Positions 61,512-64,000 of a stretch of DNA of 64,000 nt are shown here, one piece after another. The notes beneath the pieces were generated by a model. That model saw only the letters and a list, made by a program, of their open reading frames with translations. It was not told the DNA's origin and did not search any database. The stretch spans positions 5,768,001 through 5,832,000 of the forward strand of contig JASTWF010000033.1 of NCBI GenBank assembly GCA_030390025.1, read 5' to 3'. The DNA comes from Squalus acanthias (Eukaryota). A program made the translations under genes and the position numbers. The stretch's first letter is position 1, and each line of letters starts with the position of its first letter.

Positions 61512-62491
61512 TGAATTTGCTGGCGATTGTGATCCTGTCCCGGGGAAAGTGCGGGCTCTCCACCTGCACCACTCGCTACCTGGTGGGCATGGCAGCGGCG
61601 GATCTCCTGGCCATTGTCACTGAGGTCATACTGAGGAGGATCAGAATGTATTATTTCCCATGGTCTTTCCTTGGCCTCACCCCTATGTGTAGTGTTCTCG
61701 TTGTCCTGTCCTGTGTAGCCACAGACTGTTCTGTCTGGTTCACCGTCACTTTCACCTTTGATCGATTTGTGGCCATTTGTTGCCAGAAGCTGAAAACTAA
61801 ATATTGCACCGAGAAAACAGCAGCTGTGGTTCTGGCAACAACCGGCATTCTGCTCTGTTTAAAAAACGTTCCATTCTACTTTATATATAAACCCAGGAGG
61901 ATAATCGACAATGTGCCGTGGTTCTGTGCCGCAATCCCGAGCTTTCGTACTGAGCCCGGGTGGGTGGGATTTGACTGGCTTAATACGGTTTTAACCCCAT
62001 TGCTCCCATTCGCTTTAATTCTGTTGCTCAACGCTCTGACAGTCAGACACATTTTTGTGGCCAGTCGGGTCCGTAAGGGACTGAGGGGTGAGAGCAAGGG
62101 AGAGAATGGCAGAGACCCAGAGATGGAGAGCAGAAGGAAGTCTGTGATTTTACTCTTCACCATATCCGGCAGCTTCATACTGCTGTGGCTGGTATCTGTT
62201 TTAGTTTTCTTATATTCAACCATTACAGGAACCATTTATTACACTGATTCATTATTTAACTTTCAACGAGTCGGATTTATGCTGCGGAATTTAAGTTGCT
62301 GCACAAACACATTTATTTATGGGGTGACCCAGTCCAAGTTCAGAGAGCAGGTGAAGAGGGCGGTGAAATATCCGCTTACCACAATTATTCAATTCATTAA
62401 TAATCAGAAACAACTAAGTGCAGCCCAAAGGCGGATCCCAGTGCTTCCAGGCCAGGAATGTAAAATTCAGCCCCAGACTGCCATCCACTGA
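61512..62491 (+). CDS. GPR139-like: GPR139/GPR142-like class A GPCR, coding exon 2 (TM1 second half to stop; spliced protein 348 aa)
   Basis: Acceptor gtgttttacAG after a pyrimidine tract; uninterrupted ORF with 7 hydrophobic segments; N1.50, MAAADLL (D2.50), C3.25, SVWFTVTFTFDRFVAIC, LPF..ILLLN, CCTNTFIY. Family assignment by motif recognition; not necessarily the GPR139 orthologue. Confidence 0.9.
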
Positions 62492-62764
62492 ATTACACCA
62501 GCAATCGCTGGAGATCTGAAGATACAGCCAGCGGCGGGGCGAGCACTGTGTTTAGGACTCGGCACTGTTTCTGACTGACATTTCCCACGTTGTCTTTCGG
62601 GACAGGACCACTAGTTCACTGCTTTCACTCTGAGCTCTTCTGTAAAGAGTCCCTTCAGCGATTGAGGGCAGCAATTCATTCGCAGCTTCCACAGTAAGAG
62701 CCTGGTCAATAGGTAGGCAGACAGAGCGGAGCTGAGCTGCAGTTCAGAGGATTATATTTCCTGG

Positions 62765-63235
62765 AATATACAGCACACAAACAGGCCATTCGGCCCAATC
62801 AGTCTGTGCTGGTGTTTATGCTCCAGACCAGTCTCCTCTCATTGCATCTAACTCATCTCAGCCGCTCAGAATATCTTTCTATTCCTCTTTCTAGCATTTA
62901 CTCATCATGTTTGATTCTGAAAGTATCTAAAGTATTTTGCTCAACCACTTCCTGTGCGAGTATGTTCCAAATTCTAACCACTCTCTGAGTAAAGAAATTC
63001 CTCCTTATTTCCCTATTGAATTTATTAGTAACTATCTTGTATTTATGACCCCAAGTGTTGCATTCTCCCACAAGTGGAAACATTCTCTCCACATCTACCC
63101 TGTCCAACCCATTCATAATTTAAAGATCTCTATCAGGCCTCATCAAACTCCTCTCTCTTCTATAGCAGAAAGGTCCAACCTGTTCAATCTTTACCAATAG
63201 CTGCAATCTTTCAGTTCTGGTGCCATCCAACTAAA
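62765..63235 (-). mobile_element. CR1 LINE 3' end
   Basis: GLDRVDVERMFPLVGE...RRNFFTQRVVRIWN. Confidence 0.85.
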
Positions 63236-63244
63236 TATTTGTAA

Positions 63245-63745
63245 GACCGAAGCTATTGGCCCCCTTCACAAAGTCCGTTGCCTAGCCATCGACTCCATCC
63301 CTCTCCTTAGCACCAGTTTGCAGTTTGCAACCTTGGTGTAGTATTTGACCACGGGATGAACTTGCGGCCGGATATTCACTCCATCACCAGGACGGCTTAC
63401 TTCCACCTCCGTAACATCGCCAAACTTCGCCCCTGCCTCTGCTCATCTGCTGCTCAAACCATCATCCATGCCTTTGTTAGCTCTAGACTTGATAACACCA
63501 ACTCTCTCCTGGCCGGATTCCCATCTCCCACCCTGCATAACATTAGCTCATCCAAAGCTGTGCTGCCCGTCACCTAACCCACACCAAATCCCGGTAAACC
63601 ACCACCCCTGTGCTCGCTGACCGACAGTGACTCCCGATCCGGCAATGCCTCCATTTTAAAATTATCATCCTTGCTTTCAAATCCCTACATGGCCTCGCCC
63701 TCCCTACCTCTGCAAGCTCCACCAGCCCCTCAACACTCCCGAGAG
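63245..63745 (+). mobile_element. L2-clade LINE fragment
   Basis: NLGVVFD...TRTAYFHLRNIAKLRPCL...IIHAFVSSRLDNTNSLLAG. Confidence 0.85.
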
Positions 63746-63814
63746 TACCTGTGCCGGCTGTTTGGTACAGCTGTCCAATTAATAACACTCCTCTGCTCTT
63801 TCCCCAGTTTTTTT

Positions 63815-64000
63815 CTTTATCTCAACTATTTTTCCAAATCCCCTTTGAAAGTTACTATTGAATCTGCTTCCACCACCCTTTCAGGCAGCACATTCCAGAT
63901 CACAACAACTCGCTGTGTAAAACAAAATCCTCCTCATGTTGTCTTGGGTTCTTTTGCCAATCACATTAAATCTGTGTCATCTGGTTACCGACCCCACTAC
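63815..64000 (-). mobile_element. CR1 LINE 3' region, running off the window end
   Basis: Minus strand remnants TQRVVVIWNVLPERVVEADSIVTFK. Confidence 0.75.

Noticed and set aside
61511..61513. GTG start of the 326-aa GPCR ORF as the initiation codon
   Set aside because: It overlaps the splice acceptor AG; the first half of TM1 comes from exon 1 at 51922-51988.
61159..61623. 154-aa ORF overlapping the start of GPCR exon 2
   Set aside because: Mostly MITE-like sequence, in a different frame, with no recognisable domain.

Overview
Eukaryotic, repeat-dominated DNA, most likely from a cartilaginous fish (shark-type CR1, Penelope, HE1-like SINE, NLR and GPR139-like sequences; the taxon is an inference). 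Gene-like content: (1) an apparently intact two-exon class A GPCR of the GPR139/GPR142-like type (+ strand, exons 51922-51988 and 61512-62491, 348 aa; the ORF track misses exon 1); (2) three in-frame terminal LRR exons of an NLR-type gene (- strand, 5262-5913) with no NACHT exon anywhere in the window; (3) a ~1.78-kb tandem unit carrying two perfect tRNA-Lys(TTT) genes and one decayed copy with a TGT anticodon. The rest is a ~21-kb AT-rich satellite (54 bp = 3 x 18 bp) invaded by LTRs and CR1 LINEs, a ~1.8-kb tandem triplication, several minisatellites, CT-rich tracts, and fragments of CR1, L2, RTE and Penelope elements, whose ends carry decayed minimal hammerhead ribozyme motifs. I found no CRISPR or prokaryote-type system and cannot demonstrate a wholly new biological system. 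All family assignments come from motif recognition without database searches, and repeat boundaries are approximate unless a target-site duplication (TSD) or splice site is quoted.
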